Assembly (NCBI GenBank): GCA_965208675.1
Contig: OZ242351.1
Location: forward strand, 1,920,001-1,984,000
Length of the DNA: 64,000 nt
Source: Candidatus Poribacteria bacterium
Lineage (GTDB): Bacteria > Poribacteria > WGA-4E > PCPOR2b
Direction: 5' to 3'
Positions 1 through 9,662 of the stretch are shown here, piece after piece. Made by a program: the position numbers and the translations under genes. Positions within the stretch are counted from its first letter, which is position 1. Each line of letters begins with the position of its first letter. Below the pieces are notes generated by a model. That model ran no database searches, was not told the DNA's origin, and worked only from the letters and a program-made list of their open reading frames with translations.

Positions 1-102
1 TTCTTCGCCGGTCTAATCCTCGGCGACTACGTAATCGGCGCCGTTTGGAGCCTCATCGGTATCACCTTCCAAATCCCGACCTATAAGATTTTGATTGAGT
101 GA
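1..102 (+). CDS. 3' end of a membrane protein, DUF6784/DUF6785-like (partial)
   Basis: Frame 1 reads FFAGLILGDYVIGAVWSLIGITFQIPTYKILIE then TGA; resembles the C-terminal motif of this family as I recall it. Confidence 0.55.
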   Translation, partial: FFAGLILGDYVIGAVWSLIGITFQIPTYKILIE

Positions 103-383
103 TTTCTACTGAATATCGCACTAAACTATCATCAGTCTTTGTAGGACGGGTAGAGATCGACGCAGCGAATATTGACGGCGATAGTATTTAGTATCAAAAA
201 CCTCCAGCAACCTATCAAATCCCGAATTCAACACGCCGTTCGGAGTTCTTATTTCTCTCATTGATTTTCCCTGTTCCTGTCGCTCTGGGGATGATATCCA
301 CCGTTCGGTTATCCGAGAGTTTCAAAAACGTTGGGTTTATTGCGGCAATAAAAAGCCGAGAGCATTCGCCCTCGGCTGAACGA

Positions 384-570
384 TTAGATGCTTGGTATTC
401 CTAAATACCTAACAAATTTTTTGAGCTGTTATATCAGCAATCTCAGTGTGCCGTGGTACAGTAGTTTTCAAATTAGATTCTGGGTTAATCCAAATAGAGT
501 GGTTTCTTCCTTCTCTATGCAATTTACAGTTGTTCGCGCGTAAATGCTTTAGTAGTTTTTGTCGTTTCAT
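384..570 (-). pseudogene. hicA: HicA-family mRNA interferase toxin with a frameshift near the C-terminus
   Basis: Hand translation from ATG 570: MKRQKLLKHLRANNCKLHREGRNHSIWINPESNLKTTVPRHTEIADITAQKIC, stop TAG at 409-411. The expected tail RYLGIPSI* continues in another frame to 384. Lies directly downstream of hicB. Confidence 0.85.
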
Positions 571-582
571 GCATAAATTGAC

Positions 583-825
583 TCATAGGTAAATCGGCAC
601 TTCCTGATAATCGTTTTTAGGTATGTTTCTTCTAGGTTTCTCGCTATCACAGTCTAGAATATCCTCTAACCCCAAATGTAGTGATTCGATAAGCTCTTCA
701 TAAGTATGTTCTTGGCAAACTACGCCCGGAACTTCCTTAATCCAGCCTATCCACCATTTATCGTGTTGCTGGATAATGGCAGTATATTCTTTCTGGTTTT
801 TACTTTTCACGTCACGTTCCCCCAT
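583..825 (-). CDS. hicB: HicB-family antitoxin (short form)
   Basis: YTAIIQQHDKWWIGWIKEVPGVVCQEHTYEEL is a typical HicB N-terminal motif; adjacent to hicA. Confidence 0.88.
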   Translation of the reverse strand: MGERDVKSKNQKEYTAIIQQHDKWWIGWIKEVPGVVCQEHTYEELIESLHLGLEDILDCDSEKPRRNIPKNDYQEVPIYL

Positions 826-1060
826 TTTTTTCTACTGCGCAATGTTGCAATAATGCTGCATAATGTGAGCATTGCTGCTGTATTCTTTAGTATACTATAA
901 TCATCTTTGTATGTGTCAAATTATTTCTTGTGAACTTTAGTTACCCCCAATGTTTAGACAGTAATGCTCGTCTATTAAGGTGTAATTGCTAGGCAATCCG
1001 GCTATGCTTCAATTTACTGTGAAAACTGTGAAATTAAAATGTCACCTGGTAAGAGTTCTT

Positions 1061-1530
1061 GTAGGCTGGGTAGAGCCGAAGGCGAAACCCTACGCTTTTA
1101 GATCCCCGCAACAACCACTCGGTGAATTACGCCAATACATTCATCGAACGGACGAAAAGCGTTGGGTTACGCAGCATATATTTCGCCAAGTGGGATGATT
1201 TGCCGCCGGAATTAGTTCTGGAGGTGAAGACTTGAAGACTATCGCCTTCGCTATTCGCTCAGTTGATTGCTTAACCCAACCTACGAAGACTTAATAGAGA
1301 GTGCTAGAAACAGCGCTCAACCCAACCTATAAGAACTGTAAAAAACTATCGCCTTCCCTAATCGGTCAGTTGATCCTCCTTAGTAAGGTGGGGAATGATT
1401 ATTGTAATAAACCGACAAGGCGTTCTCACTGTAGGAGAAGCATTTTTAGAGTAATGAAGGCGTAAAACTATCGCCCTCACTATTCATTCGGTTGATCCTT
1501 CGCTATCCGCGCAGTTGATTGCTCCCTATT
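1061..1530. repeat. Cluster of REP-like intergenic repeats
   Basis: GTAGGCTGGGTAGAG at 1061, with complementary ACCCAACCTA copies near 1275 and 1320. Three copies of ACTATCGCC...GTTGAT at 1238, 1345, 1467. Related GTAGGACGGGTAGAG at 141 and inverted GGCGATAGT at 177. Confidence 0.65.
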
Positions 1531-1669
1531 CCTCCGCTTGATTCTCGACAATCGGGAAAAGGATTTCCCTCCCACCGCGTGGCTCCGTGCGAATTCCTGG
1601 ACTTGCGGGTAATAGTACGCTTGGCAAACGGGAGGATTTACGTGTGATTCGCGTGAACAGAATCTGACA

Positions 1670-1768
1670 TATAGTCACTTAAGCTCATATTTACACAAGG
1701 AGGGAGCGGCTGATGGATAATCGAAGCTAGGCAGTCTCTCCCACAAAACAATGCGTAGAAGAATTATT
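1670..1768. mobile_element. Degenerate or truncated copy of the MITE at 45438-45557
   Basis: TATAGTCA..ATATTTACACAAGGAG..CTGAT.GATAATCGA.GCTAGG.AG.CTCTCCCACAAA.CAATGCGTA aligns with 45439-45527; right terminal inverted repeat absent. Confidence 0.7.
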
Positions 1769-1832
1769 CCAATTTCGTCAGGTTGAATTGCGACTTGGGA
1801 TTGTCGCTTGGCGGGCGGGGTGGAAAACAAGA

Positions 1833-3632
1833 TCAGGCGATTTCTTGGCCTTTGTATTGAAGTTGATAGAGCCGATAATAGATGCCTTGCCGCTTAAGCA
1901 GTTCGGCGTGCGTGCCAATCTCGCGGATTTTGCCTCGGTGCATAACGAGGATTTTGTCCGCATTCCGGATGGTTGACAGCCGGTGGGCGACAACGATGGA
2001 GGTACGGTTTGCCATCAGGCGTTTAATCCCGTCTTGGATTAAGCCTTCAGTTTCCGTGTCTACACTTGATGTGGCTTCGTCGAGGATGAGAATGTCGGGA
2101 TTAAACGCCAAGGCGCGGGCAAAGGCGACGAGCTGTTTTTGACCCACGGAGAGTGCGCTGCCGCCCTCTTTGACCTCGGTGGCGTATCCGTCCGACATTT
2201 TTTGAACGAACGGATCCAGATGTACGTGTTTTGCTGCGGCGACCGCTTGAGCCGGCGTTATGTCCTCCGCGCCGAGGCGGAGGTTATTGTCGACTGTATC
2301 TGAAAACAGGAAGATATTCTGTTGCACGATACTGATAGCGCGGCGCAGGTCATATAGTCTCAAATCTCGGATTTCTACCCCATCAATCAGAATGCGCCCG
2401 CGGTTGACCTCGTAGAAACGGCACAGCAGGTTGATAATCGTGGTCTTGCCGGAGCCGGTTTGACCGACGATTGCGACCGTTTCGCCGGGGTTGACTTTGA
2501 AGGAGATGTCGCGAAGGACATAGTTATCATCTTCATAAGCGAACCAGACATTTTGAAATTCAATTTCACCTTTCATGGCTTCCAACCCTTTTGGTTCATC
2601 CGCATTGATTATTGCCGGCTGCTTATCCAAGAGGTCGAAAATTCTTTCAGACGACGCCATCGCGGATTGAAAAATCGTATACTGTTCGCTTAACTCGCGG
2701 ATGGGCCAGAACAGGCGTTGACTGAATTGGATGAAGGCGACTAAATCGCCGAACGTTAGCATACCCTTTAAACTCTGCACGCCGCCGTACCAGACGATAA
2801 TCGCCGTGCCTAGCGATCCGGCGACCTCAATCAACGGGAAGAAAATCGAGAAGTAGAATACGCTGCGCAGCCCCGCCTGCAGATACGCCTGATTGCGCTG
2901 ATCGAATTTTAGGAAGTTCCGCCGTTCTTGAGCGAACAATTGGACTGTTGTCATGCCAACGATATTTTCCTGTAAAAAGGCGTTGATGCGCGCCAGGTGT
3001 TTTCGCTGATCGCGAAAAGCGCGGCGGGAATAAATTTGATAAACGGTTGTGGCGCCAAAGATAATCGGCAACACCGTGAACATCGCCAGGGCGAGTTTCC
3101 AGTTCATGTACAGCATTATCACCATGATGCCGACGATTTTAATTAGAATGGTGAAGATCGTGATAACCCCTGACGTGAACAGCTCATTGAGCACCTGAAC
3201 ATCGCCCATCACGCGTGTCATGAGGCGTCCAACGGGGTTGCGGTCGAAGAAGGCTACCTCCATTTTCTGGAGATGTGAAAATATCCCCATACGCAAGTCA
3301 TACATAACCCGCTGCCCTAACATTTGCAACCGGTATTCTTCAAAATAGCTGAAAACCATGTCTGCCAACATGGCGAGAATCATAAGAAGCGCGATCCCGC
3401 TCAATCCGTCCAACGTCCCCGCTTTTATGTAACGGTCAATGCCATACCTCATGAGCAGGGGACCCGCCAATATCCCGCACGTGCTTCCGAGGTTTAGGAC
3501 CAAAATTAACACGACCTGGCGCCAGTACGGCTTCATGTAGGCACAGAGGCGTTTAATCAATACGCGATCATAGATTTTGCCGAGGTCGTCCTCATCTTTG
3601 CTGTAATCGTGAAGATGTTCGCCGTGAAGCAC
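1833..3632 (-). CDS. ABC exporter, fused permease/ATPase (MdlB-like)
   Basis: N-terminal transmembrane domain, Walker A GQTGSGKT, signature LSVGQKQ, Walker B ILILDEATS. Confidence 0.95.
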   Translation of the reverse strand: MLHGEHLHDYSKDEDDLGKIYDRVLIKRLCAYMKPYWRQVVLILVLNLGSTCGILAGPLLMRYGIDRYIKAGTLDGLSGIALLMILAMLADMVFSYFEEYRLQMLGQRVMYDLRMGIFSHLQKMEVAFFDRNPVGRLMTRVMGDVQVLNELFTSGVITIFTILIKIVGIMVIMLYMNWKLALAMFTVLPIIFGATTVYQIYSRRAFRDQRKHLARINAFLQENIVGMTTVQLFAQERRNFLKFDQRNQAYLQAGLRSVFYFSIFFPLIEVAGSLGTAIIVWYGGVQSLKGMLTFGDLVAFIQFSQRLFWPIRELSEQYTIFQSAMASSERIFDLLDKQPAIINADEPKGLEAMKGEIEFQNVWFAYEDDNYVLRDISFKVNPGETVAIVGQTGSGKTTIINLLCRFYEVNRGRILIDGVEIRDLRLYDLRRAISIVQQNIFLFSDTVDNNLRLGAEDITPAQAVAAAKHVHLDPFVQKMSDGYATEVKEGGSALSVGQKQLVAFARALAFNPDILILDEATSSVDTETEGLIQDGIKRLMANRTSIVVAHRLSTIRNADKILVMHRGKIREIGTHAELLKRQGIYYRLYQLQYKGQEIA

Positions 3633-3654
3633 GGGTTACGCCTCCCAATAAAAT

Positions 3655-4458
3655 TCAAGTGCCATTAATGCAGCGTTCAAAGAAATAGAAGTGGTTTGTT
3701 GGGCCGTGACCGCGACCAACATCAAGAGAATACCGGATAGCATTCGTAATATAATCCTTCGCAGCGTCTATAGCGGCAATCAGGTCTTTGCCCTGACCGA
3801 GCTGGGCAGCAATGGCAGCGGAATACGTGCATCCGGTGCCGTGCGTATTTTTTGTTTCAATTCGCTCGGCTTCAAAAATGGTAAACTCGCCGTCGGATAA
3901 CAAGACATCCGACGCACGCTCCCCCGCAAGGTGACCGCCTTTAACCAGCACGCCTCCGCACCCGCAAGCCGATATTATCTTCGCGGCTCGCTTTGCGTCC
4001 GCTATCGTGTTGATTTCGCAATTTGCGAGCAGTTGGGCTTCGTCAACGTTGGGCGTAATCACCGTTGCCAGCGGCATCAGATCGGAAAATAGGCTATCGG
4101 CGGCTTCCGGCTTCAGAAGGGGGAACTTGCTTTTCGAAAGCATGACCGGATCGACGACGACGTTCATCGGCGAATAACGGCGCAGTTTCTTGGCGACCGT
4201 CTGCACAATTGCCGGTGAAGACAACATCCCGGTTTTTAGGGCTGCTACATCGAAGTCTGAAAAAATCGCATCAATCTGCGCCTCGATTATGCCGGTCGGC
4301 AGGTCAAAGGCGCGAATCACTTCCTGCGTGTTCTGTGCTGTGATTGAGGTAATGACGGACAAGCCGAAACCGCCATTGGCGTGGATGGCTTTAATATCGG
4401 CTTGAATGCCCGCGCCTCCTCCAGAATCAGAGCCGGCGATTGTCAAGATTTGTTTCAT
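3655..4458 (-). CDS. thiD: Hydroxymethylpyrimidine/phosphomethylpyrimidine kinase
   Basis: LTIAGSDSGGGAGIQAD, VVDPVM, KGGH and THGTGC motifs. Confidence 0.96.
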   Translation of the reverse strand: MKQILTIAGSDSGGGAGIQADIKAIHANGGFGLSVITSITAQNTQEVIRAFDLPTGIIEAQIDAIFSDFDVAALKTGMLSSPAIVQTVAKKLRRYSPMNVVVDPVMLSKSKFPLLKPEAADSLFSDLMPLATVITPNVDEAQLLANCEINTIADAKRAAKIISACGCGGVLVKGGHLAGERASDVLLSDGEFTIFEAERIETKNTHGTGCTYSAAIAAQLGQGKDLIAAIDAAKDYITNAIRYSLDVGRGHGPTNHFYFFERCINGT

Positions 4459-4460
4459 CG

Positions 4461-5132
4461 CTAAACGCCCACTCTATCTTGGACACGACAGAGTTGCCGA
4501 AGATATGCTCGTGCGTTCTGAATCCCGATGTCGGCGGACATGACGTTAGACATCACCGCAACTCCATACGCCCCGGCACCAATACAATCCGGAACCCGTT
4601 CAGGTGTTATACCTCCCAATGCGAAAACGGGAATTTTCACGCTCGCTGCGACCTTCCTGAGATTTTCTAATCCAACAGCCGGGCCGTATCCAGGCTTGCT
4701 TGCTGTCGGGAAGATGGGGCTATACGTCAAGAAATCCGCGCCTTCCAGTTCCCTCGTCCGCGCTTCATCACGGCTATGTACTGAACAACCTACAATGAGT
4801 CGGTTATCCGACTGTGGGACGACCTCCTCAACGGGCGCGGAATCCCCGGGCAGGTGCACACCATTCGCGCCTAGTTCGGCTGCAATTCCTGCGCGCGAGT
4901 TAATGAAGAGGTGCGCGGCATAGCCACGGCAAAGCTTGGCGATTGGTTTTGCTAAGTTGATGAACTCGGCATCGCTCAAGTCTTTTTCCCGAAGTTGAAT
5001 GGCGGATACTCGCGCATCCAAGAGGTCATGGATTACGCCGTACAGTGAACGCGGGGAACAGCGAAACCTGTCCGTGATGATGTACAGCTTGAATGGTATC
5101 ACGCTTCGTACCGAATCTAAAGCCGACTCCAA
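4461..5132 (-). CDS. thiE: Thiamine-phosphate synthase family protein (ThiE/TenI); real start may be GTG at 5102
   Basis: LYIITD, QLREK, GVHL, PIFPTASK and ALGGI motifs; adjacent to thiD. Confidence 0.8.
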   Translation of the reverse strand: MESALDSVRSVIPFKLYIITDRFRCSPRSLYGVIHDLLDARVSAIQLREKDLSDAEFINLAKPIAKLCRGYAAHLFINSRAGIAAELGANGVHLPGDSAPVEEVVPQSDNRLIVGCSVHSRDEARTRELEGADFLTYSPIFPTASKPGYGPAVGLENLRKVAASVKIPVFALGGITPERVPDCIGAGAYGVAVMSNVMSADIGIQNARAYLRQLCRVQDRVGV

Positions 5133-6145
5133 TCGAATACAACACCTAGATAGGTGTCCTTCCGTTCGTGCAAGCCTAGGTAGGCGTTTTGGCAGGCTAG
5201 CGGCGAAAGCAGGTGCGTCAACAGCGGATCCGTCTTGAGGGCGCCGGATTCAATCCATCCGAGAATCTGTTGATAGTTGCGCGTGATACTGTGCCTTGAA
5301 TCATCGGTCTCGGGGATGGTATAAAGCCATTCGAGCGCGCCAATTAGTCGAATACCCAGCAGGTGGATCCGGCTTAACATAGGTGTGACATCCATTGTGA
5401 CACGTGCACGCGGGCTCCCCAGCAGAATAACCTCGCCCTTTCGGCGCGTCATCTGAACCGCTTGCGCAACCAGTTCTGACTTGCCGATGGCTTCAACGCT
5501 GATGTCTGCGCCGCGCCCACCGGTCCACTCCATCACGGCACCTTCTATTTGAGTATCACCGGGATTTATTGCGTTTGCGATGCCGCACTGTTTGGCGACC
5601 TGTATCCGATAGTTTGACAGATCGACCCCCATTACCTCCGCACCGGAAAGCGTGAAAAGCTGCGCAGCGAAATTTCCTACTAGACCGAGCCCGATGACGA
5701 TCACCTTGTCCCCCGGGGAAATGGACGCGGCGCGCAACGCGGTGATTGCCACGCCTGCCATCCGTGTGAAAACGGCTTTTTTCCCATCAAGTTCGGACGG
5801 CGTCTTCAGGCAAAACCGCCGCGCATCCACTTTGACATGTGAGGCGTGATTGGAAAAACTCAGGACGCGATCTCCCGTACGAAGGTCACCGCAGTTGCCG
5901 CCCAAGGCGATAATTTCCCCGTAATTTCCATACCCCGTCTGCATGGGATAGGTAAAGGGCCGGTCTCCTAAAGCGGGATGTTCTGCCTCCAGACCGGAAT
6001 AGTGCGCCCCTTCTGTACCGGCGCTAATGATGGAATACACAGTTTTAACAAGAACCTGACCGTTGCCGAGTTCTTCATCGCGTCTGAACGGCTCCAATAC
6101 CGCCTGTAACGGCGCTGTGAATATTATCCTATGCCCTTCCTGCAT
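5117..6145 (-). CDS. Medium-chain (zinc-ADH-like) dehydrogenase
   Basis: ISAGTE, GY..G and Rossmann GLGLVG motifs. Confidence 0.88.
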   Translation of the reverse strand: MQEGHRIIFTAPLQAVLEPFRRDEELGNGQVLVKTVYSIISAGTEGAHYSGLEAEHPALGDRPFTYPMQTGYGNYGEIIALGGNCGDLRTGDRVLSFSNHASHVKVDARRFCLKTPSELDGKKAVFTRMAGVAITALRAASISPGDKVIVIGLGLVGNFAAQLFTLSGAEVMGVDLSNYRIQVAKQCGIANAINPGDTQIEGAVMEWTGGRGADISVEAIGKSELVAQAVQMTRRKGEVILLGSPRARVTMDVTPMLSRIHLLGIRLIGALEWLYTIPETDDSRHSITRNYQQILGWIESGALKTDPLLTHLLSPLACQNAYLGLHERKDTYLGVVFDWSRL

Positions 6146-6164
6146 GTGCGGCTCCGAACCCGTT

Positions 6165-6246
6165 AAGAAACCGAGTTTTGAAGAAAAAACTCGGTTTAAA
6201 GGACTACTGAAGAAACCGGGGTTTGGGGAAAAAACTCGGTTTAAAG
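6165..6246. repeat. Two tandem REP-like hairpins
   Basis: AAGAAACCGAGTTTT-loop-AAAACTCGGTTTAAAG present twice, second copy slightly degenerate. Confidence 0.75.
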
Positions 6247-6319
6247 AATCTCATTCTGCTCCGTTGGAACGCAAGAACAATACGTGTGCGTGCGTCTAAA
6301 TTTTACTTTGCCATTACAT

Positions 6320-7357
6320 TCAACCTTTGAATGGCGGCAAAAGTTGCGGCTTTTTAACGAGCCAAAATTCACCGCTGCTGGTGTCTGCGAGCATTTTCAA
6401 CAACACTGCGCCGGGGAAATCTTCAGCCATTTCGGTCGCCATCGTAAATATTTTCGTCCTGCCGCCAGTTTGTTTTTCGACTGCGTTGACATCCGGGAAA
6501 CCCGACGTCAAAATGCCGTCACTGAATAGGACGATGATTGTCGGCTGCACGTTGTTCGCGTCATGAAGCGCTTCGAACATATCCTTGTCGACATAACGCG
6601 CGCTTTTCTTGGGTTTCGCGGCTTCGAGGTACGCTATCGCGCTGGAGACATTTTCATCAGTTACAGCGAGAAAATTAGGTTGATAAAATTCGACCTCGCT
6701 ACTGAACGTCATGATGTTAAACTGGTCGTGCAGCTCAAGAAATGTCAACGAATCCTGCAAAATAGCAATTATCTTCTTTAGTTTACGCGGTTTTAAGCCG
6801 AGCATGCTTGATGAAAGGTCCACACAATAAATAATCTGCTGCGGATTCGGCTGTTTCTCAATGAACTTCACCAATCGGCTTTTTGGTCGCCCTTCCTCGA
6901 CCGGCACTGTCTTTACAGGAGAATTTGCCGTTTTGCGCACAGGCGGCGCAATTCTCACGGAGTTGGTAGTTAAGTTACCGCCGCTGAAATCAAGCGAGCC
7001 GAGATCGCCTAACTTTGTCGGCGCTGCCGCCGAAACAACGCCTCGCTGCGTTACCGGGGCGTTACTGGTCAGGATTTTTAGGTTCGGTTGGTTCGTTGTA
7101 ATGTTTGTCTCGGTACGATTCCGTATTCTAGCCCTTTTGGGACGGCTCATCCGTTTGACTCGCGGTTTTTCGACCTTCATCAGCACAGCGTTCACTGCCC
7201 CTTCATCCAATCGCAGGTCAGAGTTGGGCCAGAAAAAGAACCCAACGATACCGGCGATAATATGCACAAAGATCGATACAGCGAACGCTCTGCCTGATTT
7301 GTGTTTTGATTTCATTCGGGATAACCTTGTCATGAAATGGCACTCGAATGCACTCAC
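6320..7357 (-). CDS. Membrane-anchored VWA-domain protein
   Basis: N-terminal TM (AFAVSIFVHIIAGIVGFFF), low-complexity linker, MIDAS DLSSSM and LFSDG. Confidence 0.85.
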   Translation of the reverse strand: MSAFECHFMTRLSRMKSKHKSGRAFAVSIFVHIIAGIVGFFFWPNSDLRLDEGAVNAVLMKVEKPRVKRMSRPKRARIRNRTETNITTNQPNLKILTSNAPVTQRGVVSAAAPTKLGDLGSLDFSGGNLTTNSVRIAPPVRKTANSPVKTVPVEEGRPKSRLVKFIEKQPNPQQIIYCVDLSSSMLGLKPRKLKKIIAILQDSLTFLELHDQFNIMTFSSEVEFYQPNFLAVTDENVSSAIAYLEAAKPKKSARYVDKDMFEALHDANNVQPTIIVLFSDGILTSGFPDVNAVEKQTGGRTKIFTMATEMAEDFPGAVLLKMLADTSSGEFWLVKKPQLLPPFKG

Positions 7358-7495
7358 ATTTTTCCCTTCGAACGCACGTGATGCCTCAAAACGCGAGCAC
7401 AGTTTTTCTTTTGATTCAGGGTGTGGATTCGAGTATAATCGTGATTGCCGATACGTATTATAAACCTTTTAACGTCAATGAAACAAGGAGAAAAG

Positions 7496-8554
7496 ATGAT
7501 GGGGCGAACAGGCAGAGCAGTTATAGCACAAGGACAAGATTTCGAGGTTCGCGAGTATCCCGTGCCGGATCCGGAACCGGATACCGTTCTACTCCGACAG
7601 GAATTGGCGGGCATTTGCGGCACTGACTTACACTTCTGGCAAAAAGGGTTCGACGAAGAGGTTTTATTGGGGCATGAGAATGTAGGGATTGTGGAGGCAC
7701 TCGGGAAGGACGTAAAGACTGACTACGTCGGCAATCCCATCCGTGAAGGGGATCGTGTCATATTCGCACCGGCAGCAGACGACGGCGGGTACGGTTTCCA
7801 ATATAATCCGGATAAACCGCCGCATTTTCGCGGCGGGTTCGCCGATTACATTTACCTCTGTTGTCCGCGTACCTGTTTCATCAAAACAGACCTGCCGCAA
7901 GAAGCAGCCGTGATGACGGAGCCATTCACCATCGGCGTACATGCCGTGATGCGCGCCAAACTGCAGTTTGGAGATACGGTTGTTGTTCAGGGTTCCGGCG
8001 CAATCGGGTTGGTGACGTTGGCGTGCGCAAAGGTCAGCGGCGCTGCGAAGCTGATTATGGTTGGCGGACCCGCAGAAAGGCTCGAACTCGCCAGCCGGAT
8101 GGGCGCCGATGTTACTATTGACATCGAGAAGGTAACGTCGGCGGCTGAACGTACCGAGCTAGTCAAATCACATACCCCCAAAAACGCCGGCGCAGATGTT
8201 GTCTTTGAGTGCGCCGGGTTCCTACCAGCCATCCCGGAGGGATTGGGCTACGTTAAGCACAGCGGCACGTTTTGTGAGGTCGGCCATTTTGTCGATGTCG
8301 GTTCAATAGACTTCAATCCGAACCAACTGCTGATGGTTAATAATATCCGTTTAGAGGCAGTATGGGGAAGCTGGGATGAACATTTTGTACGCGGGTTCCC
8401 AATACTTGAGAAAAACGAGTTTCCTTTCGCCGACATGGTGAGCCATAAACTACCGCTTTCCCGCGTCCGGGAGGGTTTTGATGCGCTGGATGGAAAGTAT
8501 CGGTTAGGCGGCGAAACGGTCATAAAAATCGCCGTTGATGCGCAAGCGGAGTAA
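7496..8554 (+). CDS. Zinc-binding alcohol dehydrogenase family protein
   Basis: GICGTD, GHE and GSGAIG motifs; Shine-Dalgarno (SD) AAGGAG before ATG 7496. Confidence 0.9.
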   Translation: MMGRTGRAVIAQGQDFEVREYPVPDPEPDTVLLRQELAGICGTDLHFWQKGFDEEVLLGHENVGIVEALGKDVKTDYVGNPIREGDRVIFAPAADDGGYGFQYNPDKPPHFRGGFADYIYLCCPRTCFIKTDLPQEAAVMTEPFTIGVHAVMRAKLQFGDTVVVQGSGAIGLVTLACAKVSGAAKLIMVGGPAERLELASRMGADVTIDIEKVTSAAERTELVKSHTPKNAGADVVFECAGFLPAIPEGLGYVKHSGTFCEVGHFVDVGSIDFNPNQLLMVNNIRLEAVWGSWDEHFVRGFPILEKNEFPFADMVSHKLPLSRVREGFDALDGKYRLGGETVIKIAVDAQAE

Positions 8555-8620
8555 TCTTTTTTGTTAAATCTTCGACCTCTCCACGTTTGCTGGTCAACTT
8601 TTGACATTTTGCAGCCGAGG

Positions 8621-9589
8621 TTATTCTGTGCTTTTTTCTATTCTTTCAACAATGGCGCCAGCCAATAGCGGAATCATGATTTCGTGGTGTCCGGTAAAGG
8701 CAAACCCCTTTCCGCCGATGATTGTCGGGCGTTTGACGACGTTTTCTAGGGGACGGTACTGCTGAATCATATCGAAATCCGCAGTGGTGAAGTGGGTGAC
8801 TTGATGTTCGAGATTTCGAGCGATTGTTAGCGCCTTGAGAAAGACTTCGGGCAGTATAACTGCAGAACCGAGGTTCAGGATTACCCCGCCATCACCGAGT
8901 TCAGCGACGACCGCAGTCAATATTCGAAAATCTGTGAAACTAGCCTCTCCGATAGATGCACCATTTGCCAACGGGTGTTGATGAATAATATCTGTCCCAA
9001 TTGCGACATGCACGGTAACGGGAATGCCGAGCCGGCAAGCTGCGGCGAGAAGGCTCTTATCCTGAAATTGTGCGTCCAGTTCAATCAATTTTCGTCCCAG
9101 ACCTTCTCCCATACCGATTCCCTTGGCGGCTGCGTCGCAGATGGCTTCATTCATGAATCGCCCGGTTTCTTCAACCATGCCAAACTCACCGGACTGAAGG
9201 TATCGACCGACGTCTTCGGAAGTCTCTCCGATGAGGGCGATTTCAAAATCGTGAATGCTCGTTGCGCCGTTGCACACAAGGGCAGTGATAATGCCGCGCT
9301 CCATCAGATCGATTAGAACTGTGCTCAATCCACACTTGACCACATGTCCGCCCGCCATGACGATGATCGGCTTTTGCCGCCGATAAGCCGCGGCGATTAG
9401 ATCGACGAGTTCCAAGAGATCGGCAGCTTTAAGGATTTTGGGCAAGCATGATAGATATTCGCGAATTTCCGTGTGCGATGAAAGAGGAACGGCAAAATCG
9501 CGGACTGACACCTTGTTGATTCGATCGCGAATGGGATAAGTCTTTACGCCGTCGAGATTAACTGGCTTCCAATTCCTATTCTCTTTCAT
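8621..9589 (-). CDS. Deoxyhypusine-synthase-like protein
   Basis: GGHVVKCG, NGATSIHDFE, AIGTDIIH, GSAVILPEVFLK and GHHE motifs. Confidence 0.7.
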   Translation of the reverse strand: MKENRNWKPVNLDGVKTYPIRDRINKVSVRDFAVPLSSHTEIREYLSCLPKILKAADLLELVDLIAAAYRRQKPIIVMAGGHVVKCGLSTVLIDLMERGIITALVCNGATSIHDFEIALIGETSEDVGRYLQSGEFGMVEETGRFMNEAICDAAAKGIGMGEGLGRKLIELDAQFQDKSLLAAACRLGIPVTVHVAIGTDIIHQHPLANGASIGEASFTDFRILTAVVAELGDGGVILNLGSAVILPEVFLKALTIARNLEHQVTHFTTADFDMIQQYRPLENVVKRPTIIGGKGFAFTGHHEIMIPLLAGAIVERIEKSTE

Positions 9590-9662
9590 TTCGAATTGAG
9601 GGAGGGTTCATTTCAAGAATCCTGATTTCCTATTCAACGATGCGGCGATGCGGCGGAATTGT

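Noticed and set aside
1061-1530. Possible CRISPR array from regularly recurring ACTATCGCC repeats
   Set aside because: Repeats are degenerate, spacing is about 107-122 bp and there are no cas genes; better explained as REP-like elements
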